DNA of 64,000 bases, from the NCBI GenBank assembly GCA_051294375.1, contig CM119269.1:5042686-5106685 (forward strand), given 5' to 3'. The notes under the pieces are model-generated. The model was not told where the DNA came from. It did no database searches and saw only the letters and a list, made by a program, of their open reading frames with translations. The stretch comes from Paraspadella gotoi. Its lineage: Eukaryota; Animalia; Chaetognatha. Below are positions 43,067 to 55,858 of this stretch, piece after piece; within the stretch, counting starts at the first letter, position 1, and the number at the start of each line of letters is the position of its first letter. The position numbers were made by a program, and so were the translations under genes.

Positions 43067-43312
43067 TGTGATGTGATGTGATGTGATGTGATGTGATGTG
43101 ATGTGATGTGATGTGTGGAGCGAATTGGACGATAACTGTTCGTAGATTGTTTTGTATAGACTAACAACTCGGTTTTTGTTTACTTAGTCTTAGCTGAAAT
43201 TGTGCAAATCTCATAGACATTTTAATTTTTATTGTCTTGTAAACTTTAATTGTATAAACAACAAGCACGATACTACACTATACTATACTATACTATACTA
43301 TACTATACTATA
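43067..43312 (+). repeat. Pentanucleotide microsatellites (TGTGA)n at 43067-43115 and (TACTA)n at 43270-43312
   Basis: Seen directly. Confidence 0.95.
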
Positions 43313-43392
43313 NNNNNNNNNNTAATGAACGAGAAATAGAGAGAGTCTTGATTGAAAGCTGATCTGCTATGACATCATCTTGTAAGAGTGAT

Positions 43393-43492
43393 GGAGGCCT
43401 TAAACCACTATAGCCTAACCAAAGTCAGTGGCAGCAGAGCCTATTTATTAAATGAATGGATAATTTTATATTTTATATTTCCCGATTTCATA
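43393..43492 (+). repeat. Dispersed short repeat family (copy)
   Basis: GGAGGCCTTAAACCAC...AATGAATGGATAATTTTATATT...ATTTCATA is shared with rc 56893-56974. Confidence 0.7.
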
Positions 43493-44170
43493 CATACAAT
43501 CGTCCTGCTACAGCAACCCTTTGTTTGACTTTTTCCGCCTCAAGGATAATCTCTGGCAATCGGCTTTGGTCTGGGTTCGTTGGGCGCGACGCGTCACCGC
43601 CCGACAATTGTTAGAAAATGTGCGGCGGTCTTGCGACGGGAACCGCCTCTTCTCTCATCCTGTCACGTCGAGTATAAAGGTCAGGCTCGACGCAGGCGGC
43701 ACCTGACACCTAGGCTGCCTGGCCTGGCTCGCCTTGACGGCGAGTCATTTTCTTCAGGGTTACCACAGGCATTGACATCAGGCTCGCATCAGGCGGATTA
43801 TTCCTCCCCTTCCTGTCGCAAAAGGTAGTTGTGTCTTGGGACATCAGGCTCCCATCAATTAACGTGTCAATCCCCTTCTTTTCCCAACTGGCTCTGACTT
43901 CAAGCTTGTATCTTCGTCGCAACAGGCACTTTCTCCAGACTATCATCGGGCGAATCGTCGCTCACCATCTTGTCGCAACAGGCAGTGACGCAAATTCCGT
44001 ATTTTCCTTTACAGCGTCGGAGCCTTAATCTCTTTTCGCCGGCAGTATTTACAGGTGGTCTCTCTTATTCCGCAATTTCCGATTTTCCTTTTTTCCCGCC
44101 AAAAAAAAAAGAAAAGAAAAGAAATCGCCGTCAAGACAATTTATCGTTTATTGTTTTTCCGATTTTTCCG

Positions 44171-44228
<58 letters not shown>

Positions 44229-46227
44229 AAACTTCCTCAACTCAATTCGACTCCAAAGGTTTTTGAATCGTTTTCCCCTTTTTTATGGAGGATAACATTT
44301 TCAAGAGTTCGGTCTCGCAATTGGGTGAATGGATATACGGACGTACAGATGGATGAAAGTATTTCTGAATTACCAGTGTATTGATTGATGGATGGATGGA
44401 TAAATAATTTTGCAATGCAGATCAATGTTTAAAATTCATGAAAAAACGGATGGATGGATTAATAAATAGATGGATGGATGATTGGATGGTTACATCACTA
44501 GTTGGTTGTATGGATGGTCGTATAAATGGATGAATTATCTAACAAAAGGTCCTGAAGACGGATTAAAACCAAAAAAAATAACTACCGGACAGACGGATCT
44601 TCGAATGGAAAATAAAACTGACAAGATTCGTCAAAAAGGATTTTTCTAAGAGGAAGAAAGCTAAGGATCGATCGACGACGAATCTCTACAAATGAAATCT
44701 AATCTTCTCATAAATACAAAACCTCTCTCTCTCTCTCTCTCTCTCTCTCCGACCGAGAACAAAGTACGAAATGATTACGAGCAGCTAATATTAGTTCCCG
44801 ACTGACATTACCATGGACATAACAGCTGGACATGACATGACCATTGACTAGAAGTGCAGAATGATAAAAGAGTGATCAAGGTTGTTTAAACTGTCAGAAT
44901 GGTCAGGCTTTTAAAAAAAAAAGACGTGACGAGAAAACTGACGAGAGCATTATCATCGTTTGAAACGACGAGGGTACTGTTGAGAAGAGATGAGAGAGAG
45001 AAGAGAGAGAGAGGTAGATAAGGAGAGAGATGAGGAGAGATGAGAGAGAGAGAAAGAGAGAGAGAGAGCAGAGAGACAGTTAGTTCAATGGCGTGATGGC
45101 TACAAGACTTCGCTTCTTTATTTCCTTTAACGGTTTAAGAGAAATTTGAGCTTAAGGAGATATGAGGGAAAGATGAAATAGAAGTTGAGGGAGAAAAGAA
45201 GCGGAGCATGAGGAGCGAAGAAACGGAGATTGAGAGCGGAAAAATATTGAGAAGAAGCGTAAAACATGTAGCTGACGGGCAAGCGGATCTGAGCTCAAAT
45301 TAAGAGAATGATAAGGGGAAGTTGATGAACGCAGGGGGCAGGAATGTAAAAAAGGAAGAAGGATAGGGAAGAATTTGGATTGGAATAGGAACGAAAAGGA
45401 AGAGAAAAAAGGGAAAGGAATAGGAAAAGAAGGTGAAAGGAAAGGAATATCGAACAGGAAAAGGACAAGGAAAGGAAAAGGAAAAGGAAAGGAAAAGGAA
45501 ACGGAACGGTCTAAAGGGGGTATAGGAAAGGAAAGAAAGAAAAAGACAAAAACATAAAAGCGAAAGGAAGATAAAAGGGGCGCTGCGAGGCATTGGGAGA
45601 AATGAGCGGTTTGTATTGCGGAGTGTGTGTCTTTTTTTGTATTTTTTGTATTTGGGTTTGGACTTTCTTTGTCTTGTTACTTGCGGTAATGGGGTAATTT
45701 TGCGAATGTTCCGAAAGGCCGAAAGGAAAGAAAGGAAAGGAAAGCAATGGGAGAGGTTAAGGAAAAAAAAAGACAACAGAAAGAAACAAGGAAAGAAAAA
45801 GACAAAGAATTGTTGAAAGAAAAGAAAAGAAAGAGCTTTGACACAGAAAACCAAACTTGCGAAAATGCCCGAGAAATTTTTCGGTCGAACTGAATTAGGG
45901 CATCGATAAGTTAAATATCGAGGGATGGAAGATGGAAACTATAAAAAAAAACTAAAAAAATAAAAAAAAAAATTTCAAAAAGGTTTTTTACGGCTAGGTT
46001 TGTCCTTCTTCTTACAAATCATATTTTTCATGTTCGATAAACACAAGGGAAAACAGAACTGCTTTTGATTTACTATCTGTTAAATATCAAGAACTACAAT
46101 TTCTGTTCATTACATCTTCTTCGTGTATAGACCTTCTTCGATTTCGTTTGTTTATGGCGCATTAGGAAGAAAAACAATTTCTATTTTGTCTCTTTTCGAC
46201 GAAACGGAATTTAGCTGACAATATTGG

Positions 46228-46274
46228 ACAGACATGTTTCGACTCTTGCTATTTTAGAGTTCTTCACTCAGTGT
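46228..46274 (-). ncRNA. Hammerhead ribozyme in the inverted pLTR (noisy copy)
   Basis: The plus strand reads GACATGTTTCGACTCT...AGAGTTCTTCACTCAG, the reverse complement of the 52501-52537 motif with read errors. Confidence 0.7.
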
Positions 46275-49200
46275 TTGACAAGTATTCAGTTTTTTCTCTT
46301 TAACATACTGAGTTTCAGAGAGGAGAGAGAGATCGTAGTTTAGAGGATATTAGGAGCCCCGGTGAAGCAGGGTTGATAGTCATAAACCAAAACCACGTGT
46401 GGAAGCACATTTTAGAAAGAGAAATTTAAAAAAGAAAAAAGCGCCAGATGACGCCCACGACGACGGAAATGGAGACTCGGACCGAGGAGAATCACGGACG
46501 ACGGGACAGGTGAGATGCACGGAGATGAAGAGAGACTGAGAGAGGGGGAATGAGAGAGGAGAGAGAGAGTTTTCCAACAAAGAATTGAGTAAAGGACAGT
46601 GGTACAGAGATTGATGGAACGAACAGGTGAACGGCTAAACAGGGGAGGAGCAGTTTGGTGAAAAATTGGAATATTGAGTAGAGAATGGAATGAGACCCGA
46701 GAAAGAGAGAGAGAGATAGAGAGGAAAATCTTTACATTGGGACTATGTACAACAATGATAAGGGAAAGAGAATAAATTAATAACTTAAAGATTTTTTAAA
46801 CTAATAATAACAATAAAATGATAATTTAATATACTTAAATTAAAGGGTTTGGGAGATATGAATTAGAAGAATGAAGATTTAGATGCCACGGATCACGATA
46901 GAGATAAAAGCAAAAAGTGTGCTTAGTGAAAATTAAGTTGTAGAGAAAGAGCTATGGTCGTGGATAAGATGTTGAGCTGCAAGCGCCATTGCTCTATAAC
47001 AACTTAAGCTTGCAATCAGGGCAATTCAATTGGCTTCACCCCTGCAGATAAGGGGCGAGCTGCAGTAGTTAGAACGCTCATGAGACTCTTATAAGTCGCA
47101 AAAAACGTAACAAAAATGCTTATCGGACTAGCGAAACATTATAAAACCCTTAGTATAAAGGACAAGGATCCTACTCTCGCCTAGCAGAGGAAAGATCCAG
47201 ACAGGTGACAAGGAAAAATTTGTGAAGTACTGTTCCCCGGCATGTATTTTCACAGGTGTCAATCTTGACTCTACGCAGCCGCCTCTTTCTTCCGGTCATG
47301 CCCGAAGGTTCATAAGCTACTAGAGTTCTTCGGGCCCGGTGGGTTCTTTACACGCTCACGCCCAACTCGTATAGTCGCGTCCCCGCAATTCACATTTTAA
47401 TGGGAATGACAAGAGCTGGGACGTCATTTCTCACCAATTCACTCTGTCGGACAACCAACACCACCTTAAAATTTTCTTTGATCTGTACGGAAAAGCTAAA
47501 GCAATATCAAAGTGCCCGATAGTCATCTCTTTCGGATTCCGTGTGAACTTAAAAGCATTCACTAATATCACCTCAGGACTCGGCGTTAGCCTCTGCAGAA
47601 CCGCCGCCTGGAAGGGAGACCGCGTCTGCTTGCAACGAGCAGTTCACGCCCAATCAATTCGGATGATATCAGGGCACTGCTTGAGCGGCTCGACCTGGCA
47701 CTGGCGGTACTCTCAGCGTTCGTATGGAACAGGTACTTGCGCCAGCCCCGGTGGCGTTTAGGGCATGGCAAATCAAACCCTCTAACGTTCCTCTGGGCGC
47801 AGGAATTCTTATATGAGGACTCGATGAAGTTGAAGCTTTCGGCCGTTCTTTCGATCTTTGCATGATAGCAGAAACTCAGTTCTCTTCTGGGAGTATCGGG
47901 AAGCCAGACAACGATAACCATCCTGGGCTGTGCAACAGATCTCGTCGAGACGCCTACTGACACATTTAGAACAGCATCCGAAGGCGAGCATCCAGTGGAC
48001 GTGGTGAAAAAGAGGAGACATGGTCTACATTCCAACTGCTTCGATGTGCTTATAAAGCTCGGCAAAGCAGCGTGGCTCGTTGGAATTTTCCTGTCTATCG
48101 CCAAACCAGACGCACACTGATCAACTACATTTCCTTTGATTCGCAGCTCCCTTGTGTTGCAACAGCTCGCACACGTCAGGCGTTCTTACCGGAGAGACGT
48201 CTTCTTGTCTCGTCGAACCCCCGCAGCTCCAGGGACCGCCGGAGCTTGAGCATGTCAAAAGAGCCTTGGCGGCTCCAATGCGTTATCCTCTGCTGTGGCA
48301 TTCAAGCAGGCTCTCAGGTTCCGGAGTCAGAACCAAGCTGAGAGCGAGTGATGGCACCAGGGGCTGCCATACGCTAAGCCGCTATTCGCAAGTTCAACCC
48401 TCGCATCCCACAGGAGGGGAAAGAACGCGGATCTCAGTTGCTGCTGTAAGGCGACCAACCCGCGTCCCACCACCAGCAGCAAGAATGGGAGATAAGCAGA
48501 GAGCGTCTTCACAGCAACGTGGTCTCGTTTCCCGTCCCTAACCACCAGGACGACTCAACTGGCAATTTCCTGGTGCGCCTGTGCCTGGCAATGCAGTGGG
48601 ACTTCTCCATTCCAGTGAGCATCGCCGCGCTGTCGCTACGTGAGCAATTGGTGAAAACCGAGAAGACCAAATGCCAGAACCGAAAACCAATCAGGACGCG
48701 CTAATTTGCGGCGGCCTCTGTGGCCGGCGCGCGGCAACCCAATCCCTGCCACACGCAGCATTACGTGGCCGAGGCACCGGAAATCTCTGCTGCTAGATCG
48801 TTCAGCAGCCATACGAAGCACGCTATATCCGTGACTCACGTGTGTCTACTATCTGTCGGCTAACCTATCTCATAACATTCCAGTAACCTCTCGGCCATCT
48901 GGTTTTAGAGAGACGGACCTGTTCTCGCGTGCTTGTCCCAATGACCACCAACTGGTGTTTCAAGAGTCTATTATGAGAGGCAATATACATCAAAGCCCTC
49001 GAGCCTCTCTGAACCGCTGATGTGAGGACGATTCGAATCTCCCTCCGAAGCTATGATTTCGCATTATCAAAGTTGTGTGAAACGCCCAGCACTTGCCCAA
49101 CCGCACGATACGATCCACTGTCCTTACCTTAACGGGGTCGATCAAGCGGAGGCCGTTTCCTCCCAGCAGGCAATGACCCGAACTATACCCTCTTCTCAAA

Positions 49201-49991
49201 ACTGTAGCAACTTGGTGGCAACTCTTTCTCGCACTGAGCGTCGCCCCAAAAACGACGGCTACAGGAGGAAGAGAGGAAGTCTGTAGTCTCCTGCACACAA
49301 ACAGGCAAAGAACAGGCACCAGCCCCCTCACCGTCGAGGTGAGAGGAGGGCTTCGGCAGCGCCTACTGCAGGAACAGAGGATATTATGTAGTGGACACTA
49401 GGCATCTTTCCCAGGAGGATCCACCGAATCCTATAAATGTCTCAGCTCTGGAAACAGTCATATCGTCTCAGCCAATGACAAGCCAATGAAACCGCCGATC
49501 CTATAGCCAAAGTCCCACCTGTTGCCCGCCGGGGGGGTGCCAGCTCATTTGAGCTCTTTTTCTCACTTAATTTTCAAACCTAACACTTTTACTTATCTAT
49601 CCCTCATTAACTTATTCTTCTATTCAATTCTAACCTTTATTTATATTATATAAATTATCATTTTCAATTGTATTATTTAGTTTAAAAAATCTTATAGTTT
49701 ATTATTTATTCTCTATTCCCTTTATCATTGAGTTGTACATTGTCCAATGTAAAGATTTCGCTCTCTCCTCTCGTCTTCTTCTCTGCTCTTCCATTCTGCC
49801 CTCAATTTCAAATTTTTACCAAAACTCACTCCTCCCCTGTTCTTCCTCACTGTCCTCAACAATACTTGACCACTGTCCCTTTACCTCGATTCTTTTGTGG
49901 AAACTTCTCTCTCTCTCTCTCTCTCATCTCTCTCTCTTCTCTCTCTCTCTCTCTCTGAAACCAGTTAAAGAGAAAAATCTGAAATAGTCAA

Positions 49992-50036
49992 ACACTGATG
50001 AAGACTCTAAAATACAGAGTCGTAAATATGTCCTGT
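49992..50036 (+). ncRNA. Hammerhead ribozyme in the sense 3' pLTR (noisy copy)
   Basis: CTGATGA A GACTCT AAAATAC AGAGTC G(T)AAATATGTC, in the same orientation as the upstream RT-endonuclease ORF. Confidence 0.78.
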
Positions 50037-51426
50037 CAAATTGTCCACACTAATCATTCGTTGTCAAAACAAAATAAAAATTGTTTTTTCTCCTAATATA
50101 CATTTCTTTAATTTCTTTACGGAATAGCAATTAGAATATTCTTATTTCAAGTAACACATACATATATATTATAAATATTTTTAAGAACGTTGTTTTTCGT
50201 CGCCGCTCATCACTTTAGAAGTCTCAACTAAGTTGTTATCGGAGATCCTGGAATATCGAGCCAAGTAGATTTCGTTTTCCGTAACTCGTTCATCAAAAAT
50301 TCTTTTGGCAGATTAAACTCCTTAATGGTTATTCCAAAGCGAAACCGTCGAAGTGTTATGATAAGAAAAGTAGCAAAATGACAAAATATTGAAAAAAAAA
50401 AAAACAAAACAAAACTTAAAACAGAATAACCGTTGCAATAGCGACCTTCAAAGGTTTTTTTGTTTCTTTTTGACTGAAAAACGTTGGAAAAAATAGGAGC
50501 GTCGAGGGTTTTTATGCCGTTGTGCTGGGGGGTCACGAGCGGTCGCCGTCGTCGTTGCATCGGTCGTCGTCTTAGTCGTCGGTCGTCGTTTTTTTCGTTG
50601 TCGCTCTTGAGCGAAGAGTTCAGCCTCTCTGACTGAGAAGCAGTAATCGAAAAAGAATTTTAGAATCCAACAAAAAGAAAAAAAAATAGGAGGCCGCAGC
50701 TGAGCGTTGCCAATTTTTTTTTGTTTTTGAAGTATAGAGAGAGAGAGAGAGAGAGAAGAGAGAGATGATTTTGAAATACCAGGAAGAAAATAAACGGAGA
50801 AAAGTGAAAGAGATGATTACACACAGAGAGTAGAGAGAAGAGGAGAGAGAGATGAAGAGAGAGAAGATGCAGAGAGATTTATTCAAGAAAAACCAATCTT
50901 GAAGGAAAGATTGCGCCGTGGCAAATTTCTTCTGCACGCGTATGGAATATTCGATCGGCATACTTCTCTCTTTGCTTCCGGTACGATGCTTTTCGTGATC
51001 GTGGCGGGCAAAGATAAGTTCGACGGAAGGAAGGAAGTTTCTCTTTTTTTCCGGTAGCGAAAGAGTGAAGCCACCGGAGTGGTATGTGCGTAGGTCCGGG
51101 TGTGGGTCGTGCGGTCAAAATCCGAAAAAAGTGTTACAATAATCGATTGACATGGTCCGTAATTGTAATTTTCATCTCTCGTACTACATTTTTTGCGGAA
51201 ACGGAACCGCAACCATTTATTTTTATTTTACACAACAAAAAAAATGTTTGGAAAATGAAAGCTTTGCGCTCTGAAAAGGTAGTGTCCATTCTGTTGCCTC
51301 TATAAAAAAAAAGGGGATAAGGTAAATCGAGTATGACAGGTTAATGCATGACCAACAGAACATATTTCCTTTCCATTCCCGAGACAAAACGAAAGAGATC
51401 CATAAAAATGGAGGGAGGAGAGATGT

Positions 51427-51482
<56 letters not shown>

Positions 51483-51582
51483 NNNNNNNNNNNNNNNNNN
51501 NNNNNNNTTTTATTGACTCTTTCGTTTTGTCGGGAAGGAAAGGAAATATGTTTCTTTGTCAGCGAAACCTTCNNNNNNNNNN

Positions 51583-52062
51583 ATGACTATCGGGCACTTT
51601 GATATGCTTTAGCTTTTCCGTCAGATCAAGAGAATTTTTGAGGTGGTGTTGGTTTCCGACAAGAGGAGTGAGAATGCGTCCCAGCTCCTTCGTCATTCCA
51701 TTAAAAATGGAATTGCGGGCCGATACGATTGGGCGTAGCGGTAGACCGGACTTATGAACCTTCGGCTGACCGAAGAAAAGAGGCGGCTGCGTAGAGTCAG
51801 GATTGACCCTGTGAAATACTGCCGGGGAACAGTACTCACAAATTTTTCTTGTCACCGTCTGGATCTTTCCTCTGTAGGCGAGAGTAGGATCCTTGTCCAA
51901 GGGTTTATATGTTTCCTTGTCCGATAGCATTTTTGTTACCTTGGACTTATAGTCATGAGCGTTCATAACTACTGCAGCTCGCCCCTTATCTGCGGGGTGA
52001 ACCATGATTGCCTGATTGCGCTTAAGTGAGGCAATGGCCTTGCGCTCACTCTTACCGACATT
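51583..52062 (-). CDS. Penelope-like reverse transcriptase, N-terminal DKG region and start of RT (clean contig, cut by an N gap)
   Basis: Open frame: NVGKSERKAIASLKRNQAIMVHPADKGRAAVVMN..DY..K...L.D..TY..L.KDPT...PPLFFGQPKVHKSGLPLRPIVS...HHLKNS. These are hallmark PLE motifs. Confidence 0.95.
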
Positions 52063-52402
52063 AGCTCTTTTTCTCACCTTAATTTTCACTAACACTTTTA
52101 CTTATCTATCCCTCATTACTTATTCTTCTATTTCAATTTCAACCTTTATTTAATTAATTAAATTATCATTTTCATTGTTATTATTAGTTTAAAAAATCTT
52201 TAAGTTTATTAATTTATTCTCTTTCCCTTTATCATTGTTGTACATTGTCCAATGTAAAGATTTTCTCTCTCTCTCTCTCTCTTTCTCTCTCTTCCATTCT
52301 CCCTCAATTTCAAATTTTCACCAAACTCACTCCTCCCCTGTTCTTACCTTCACCTGTTCTCACAATCTGACCACTGTCCTTTACTCAATTCTTTGTTGGA
52401 AA

Positions 52403-52437
<35 letters not shown>

Positions 52438-52595
52438 ACTCTCTCTCTCTCTCTCTCTGAAACTCAATGTTAAAGAGAAAAACTTGAATATTGTCAAACA
52501 CTGATGAAGACTCTAAAATACAGAGTCGAAACATGTCTGTCAAATTGTCACTAAAATTCGTTGTCAAAACAAATAAAAATTGTTTTTCTCCTAAT
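52063..52595 (+). mobile_element. Inverted 5' pLTR of the Penelope-like element (clean copy)
   Basis: Matches 49552-50097. It contains two (CT)n tracts, the hammerhead, and AATAAA at 52572-52577, and is fused back-to-back with the truncated ORF at AGCT. Confidence 0.88.
52498..52540 (+). ncRNA. Minimal type I hammerhead ribozyme
   Basis: ACA-CTGATGA(52501-52507)-A-GACTCT/AAAATAC/AGAGTC (6-bp stem II)-GAAAC-AT-GTC-TGT. Stem III is the palindrome ACATGT and cleavage is predicted after C52537. Stem I is short (ACA/TGT). Confidence 0.9.
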
Positions 52596-52742
52596 GCCCA
52601 TAAACAACGAAATCGAAAGTCTATACACAAAGAAATGTATAGAAAATGTATTCTTATATTTAACAGATAGTATCAAAAGCAGTCTGTTTTCCTTTGTTTA
52701 TGATATAATTATTTGTAAGAAAGAAGACAACCTAGCCGTAAA

Positions 52743-55700
52743 GAGAGAGAGAGAGAAAGAAAGCAATAGACAATAGGACAATTATTGATAACGCTTTAGA
52801 GAGAGAACGAGAGAATTTAAGCGGAATTATTTAACATAATTTTATCAGATCTTTGACAAATTAAATTCTTTTGAGTCGAATTCAGATTTTATTATTCAAC
52901 TTTTCGTTTATTCTGCGTTTCATTGCTTTTTGTTTGGGTTAAAAATTAAACATTTAAATTTTTTCTGACAACACTAGGTTTTTTTTTGAGTTTTGAAAAG
53001 GACGATCTAAAACACACAAAGTCGAAAACCACATCTTTCAAAAGCGTTTATTTGTTACGCGCTCATTTGCGAGTTCTGAGAGGCCTGGAGTGGTAAAATC
53101 GCGTATTCGTAAAACTGTTTCGGAAAGCGAGCTCTCTCCAAACAAGCCTCATATAAGGGAAGTCATAGCATGGCGACACCTTATAGTAGTTGTTCCGTCG
53201 TTTTGAAAACTTCGAGCCATACATATTATAAATTAATTATTAAAGCCGATAGATCGAAGAGAACAAGATAATTTTTACCAGCCCACGAATGGGTTCGTAG
53301 CATGTAATTTTATTTCATATGAAACAAATGCTTTGTTGTGCAATTAAAACTTTGAACGATCGATGCCGAAGTTTCCTAAAAATACAAACCGACGCAAAGG
53401 CGAAATTCAAAGGCGACGCCACAGCGTCAAACCTAATCAACTTCAAGAATAGAGTGCGGCTCATAACTTGTCGCTGTAGGCAAAAAAAAACCGTCGTTTC
53501 TTCGCAGAGTCGCACTTATCTGCAGCAACCACTCTCACTGCCGCAAATCCGATCTCTCCAACGAAATTCTTCCTTTTTTTAATTTTTTTTTTCTTCAATT
53601 TTTTCTTTTTTTTTCATCCCAATCCCATCAGCCGTAAAAAAATTCCAAATCGACAAAAATTCCATCCGACTCGCTGGGCTGAGACTGATGAGAAAGCGGC
53701 GTGGAGTCGGGGCTTGAGCAGCAGAGCTAAAAAAAAAAACCTTTTAGCGCGGGATTTCCACGCACGCGTTTTTCCTTTGAATCGTTGCGAAGAGAAGAGA
53801 GAGAAAAAAAATAACGACGACGACGACGATTGATGGCACGCACGAAGAGGGAGAGACGAACCGCCTAGCAAACCGGTTGCCTATTGCCGGCAATAACGCC
53901 GAACTGGCGCGTGCGCGTTGCTATGGCTGTGGGGGGCACGTGCCTAGGCGGGCGAGGAAGGATGAGGAGTGATGCAGGAGGGAGGAGAAGCTGAGCGCGA
54001 AAATCCGATTTTGGGGAAGAGCGTAGAAGAGGAGGGCAGGAAGAGGAGGGAAGGGTGGATAGGGACGGGCAGAATGAGAGGGAATGGATGAAGGCGAGAG
54101 CGAAAGAGGAACAGAGAAGGAGCAGAAAGTTGGCGAAAAAAAAAAAAGAAAACAGAAAGAGAAGGAGAAAGGAGGAGAAAGCAGAAAGGAGAAGGAGAGA
54201 AAGTGAAAAAAAAAGAAACAGAAAGAGGAATATGGAAAAGAAAAATTTTAAAAGGCGAAGACTTTTGATAGAAAATAGGTCAAGTTCTACTTTCAAAGTA
54301 GCATAACAGAAGAATACAAAAAATAAGGGAACAGGTGGGGGAGTGGATTCTGCGAGGTGGAAGTGTATTCTTAGCGATTAATATTAGTAACTTTAACATA
54401 ACACTTTTTCATACAATTGAAACATTCTTTGAAACATTATACCAACATCAATGATAGTCGGGAGCGAGGTACTCTTGCGAGCTGAATTGGCGCTTGATCG
54501 ATCCCTCCAAAGCTATGGCCAGGACCTGATTATGTCATATCCTGGAGGCCTTAAAACACCAACCAGCCTGTACCTAGTTTAGGGGCAAGCATGAATGGAT
54601 AATTTTTTATAATTGGTCTGTACCAATTTCATATACAAAAAAAACGGGGTGCCATCAAAGCTACTTTGCGTCAATATAAAACGGAAAATTCGTTTGCTCG
54701 CCCATTGATATATGTTTACGACGAAGAACAAAGGAAATGATTACGAGCCGTAATATTAATGAATTTCCGACTTGACATTAACCATTGACATGACATGTGA
54801 CGATGACCATGACAAAGTCAGATATGTAAAATGTTCAAGTTGTTTAAATGTCAGAATGTCAGCTTTTTAAAAAAAAAAAAAGACGTGCCACTGAGAAACT
54901 GACGAGATGATTTATCATCGTTTGAAAACGACGATCGGGGTTTTACTGGTTGAGAGCCAGAGGAGATGAGAACGACGAAAGAGAGAGGAGAGCAGAGAGC
55001 ACGAGAGATGAGAACACGAGAGCAGAAGAGCAGAGATGCAGACGATGATGCAGAGACAAGTTAGCTCCAGGCGTGAGGCTAAAGACTTCGCTTCTGTTTT
55101 TTTTTTTTAAGGTTTAAAAAAATTTGAGTTAAAGGAGAAGAGGGAAGATTGAAATGAAGTTGCAGCGAGCAAAAGAAGCGGAAGATGAGGAGCGAAGGAA
55201 ACGGATATGAGGAGCGCCGAAATATGAAGAAGCGTAAAACTGCGTGCTTGACGGGAAGCGGATCGAGCTAAATTTAAGAGAATGGAAAGGGGGAAGCTGA
55301 ATCCGGAGCGGCCGGGAGGAATGTAAAAAGGAAAGCGCATAAGGGAAGAATTTGGATGCGAAAGGAACGAAAAGGAAAGGAAAAAAAGGAAAGGAAAGGA
55401 AAGGAAAGGAAAAGGAAAGGAAAGGAAAGCGAAAGGAAAGTAAAGGTAACGGTAAGTATACGGTAACGTAAGGTAAGGTAACCGGTAATGGTAAGGAAAG
55501 GAAAATGAAAGAAAAAGACAAAAACATTAAAAAGAGGAAAGGAAAGAAAAAGGTGGAAGCCGACATGACGAAAGGGAAAGGAAAAGAAAGGAAGAAAAGC
55601 AATGGAGAGCCGAAAGGAAAAAAAAAGGACAAAGAAAAGAAAAAAAAAGGGGGAAAGAACAAACAAAGAACCAAAAGGGAATGTGCAAAGAAGAAAGAAA

Positions 55701-55858
55701 GGAACAGCCAGCTTTGCACCCACAGAAAACCAAACGTTGCGAAAAAGCGAAAATTTTTGGTCGAATTCGAATTATAGGGCATCGATAAGTTAATACCAGC
55801 GTGGAAGATGGGAAACTAATTAAAAAAAAAAGCTAAAAAAAAAAAAAATTTCAAAAGT
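52743..55858 (+). repeat. Noisy reverse-complement duplicate of about 55884-58640 (over-extended gap fill)
   Basis: Collinear reverse-complement match along its length with scattered insertions, ending at a 25-N gap. 44749-45890 is a third noisy copy of 55884-56810. Confidence 0.92.

Larger units (their letters stand above)
46161..50097 (+). mobile_element. Penelope-like element, Penelope/Poseidon type (noisy long-read copy): inverted pLTR 46161-46953, RT plus GIY-YIG about 46954-49060, sense pLTR 49552-50097
   Basis: Frameshifted motifs occur in order: PADKG (about 47040), KAFTNI (about 47550), FDVLIK and VYRQT..NYISFDS (about 48040-48145), ELEHVKRAL, LREQLVK, HYVAE, and EAIYIKALEP-LNR (about 48975-49020). 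The two terminal repeats are reverse complements and end at the same TTCTCCTAAT. Confidence 0.9.

Noticed and set aside
52063-52095. N-terminus MLVKIKVRKRA of the RT ORF
   Set aside because: It derives from the antisense strand of the inverted pLTR. The element is 5'-truncated and has no real start here.
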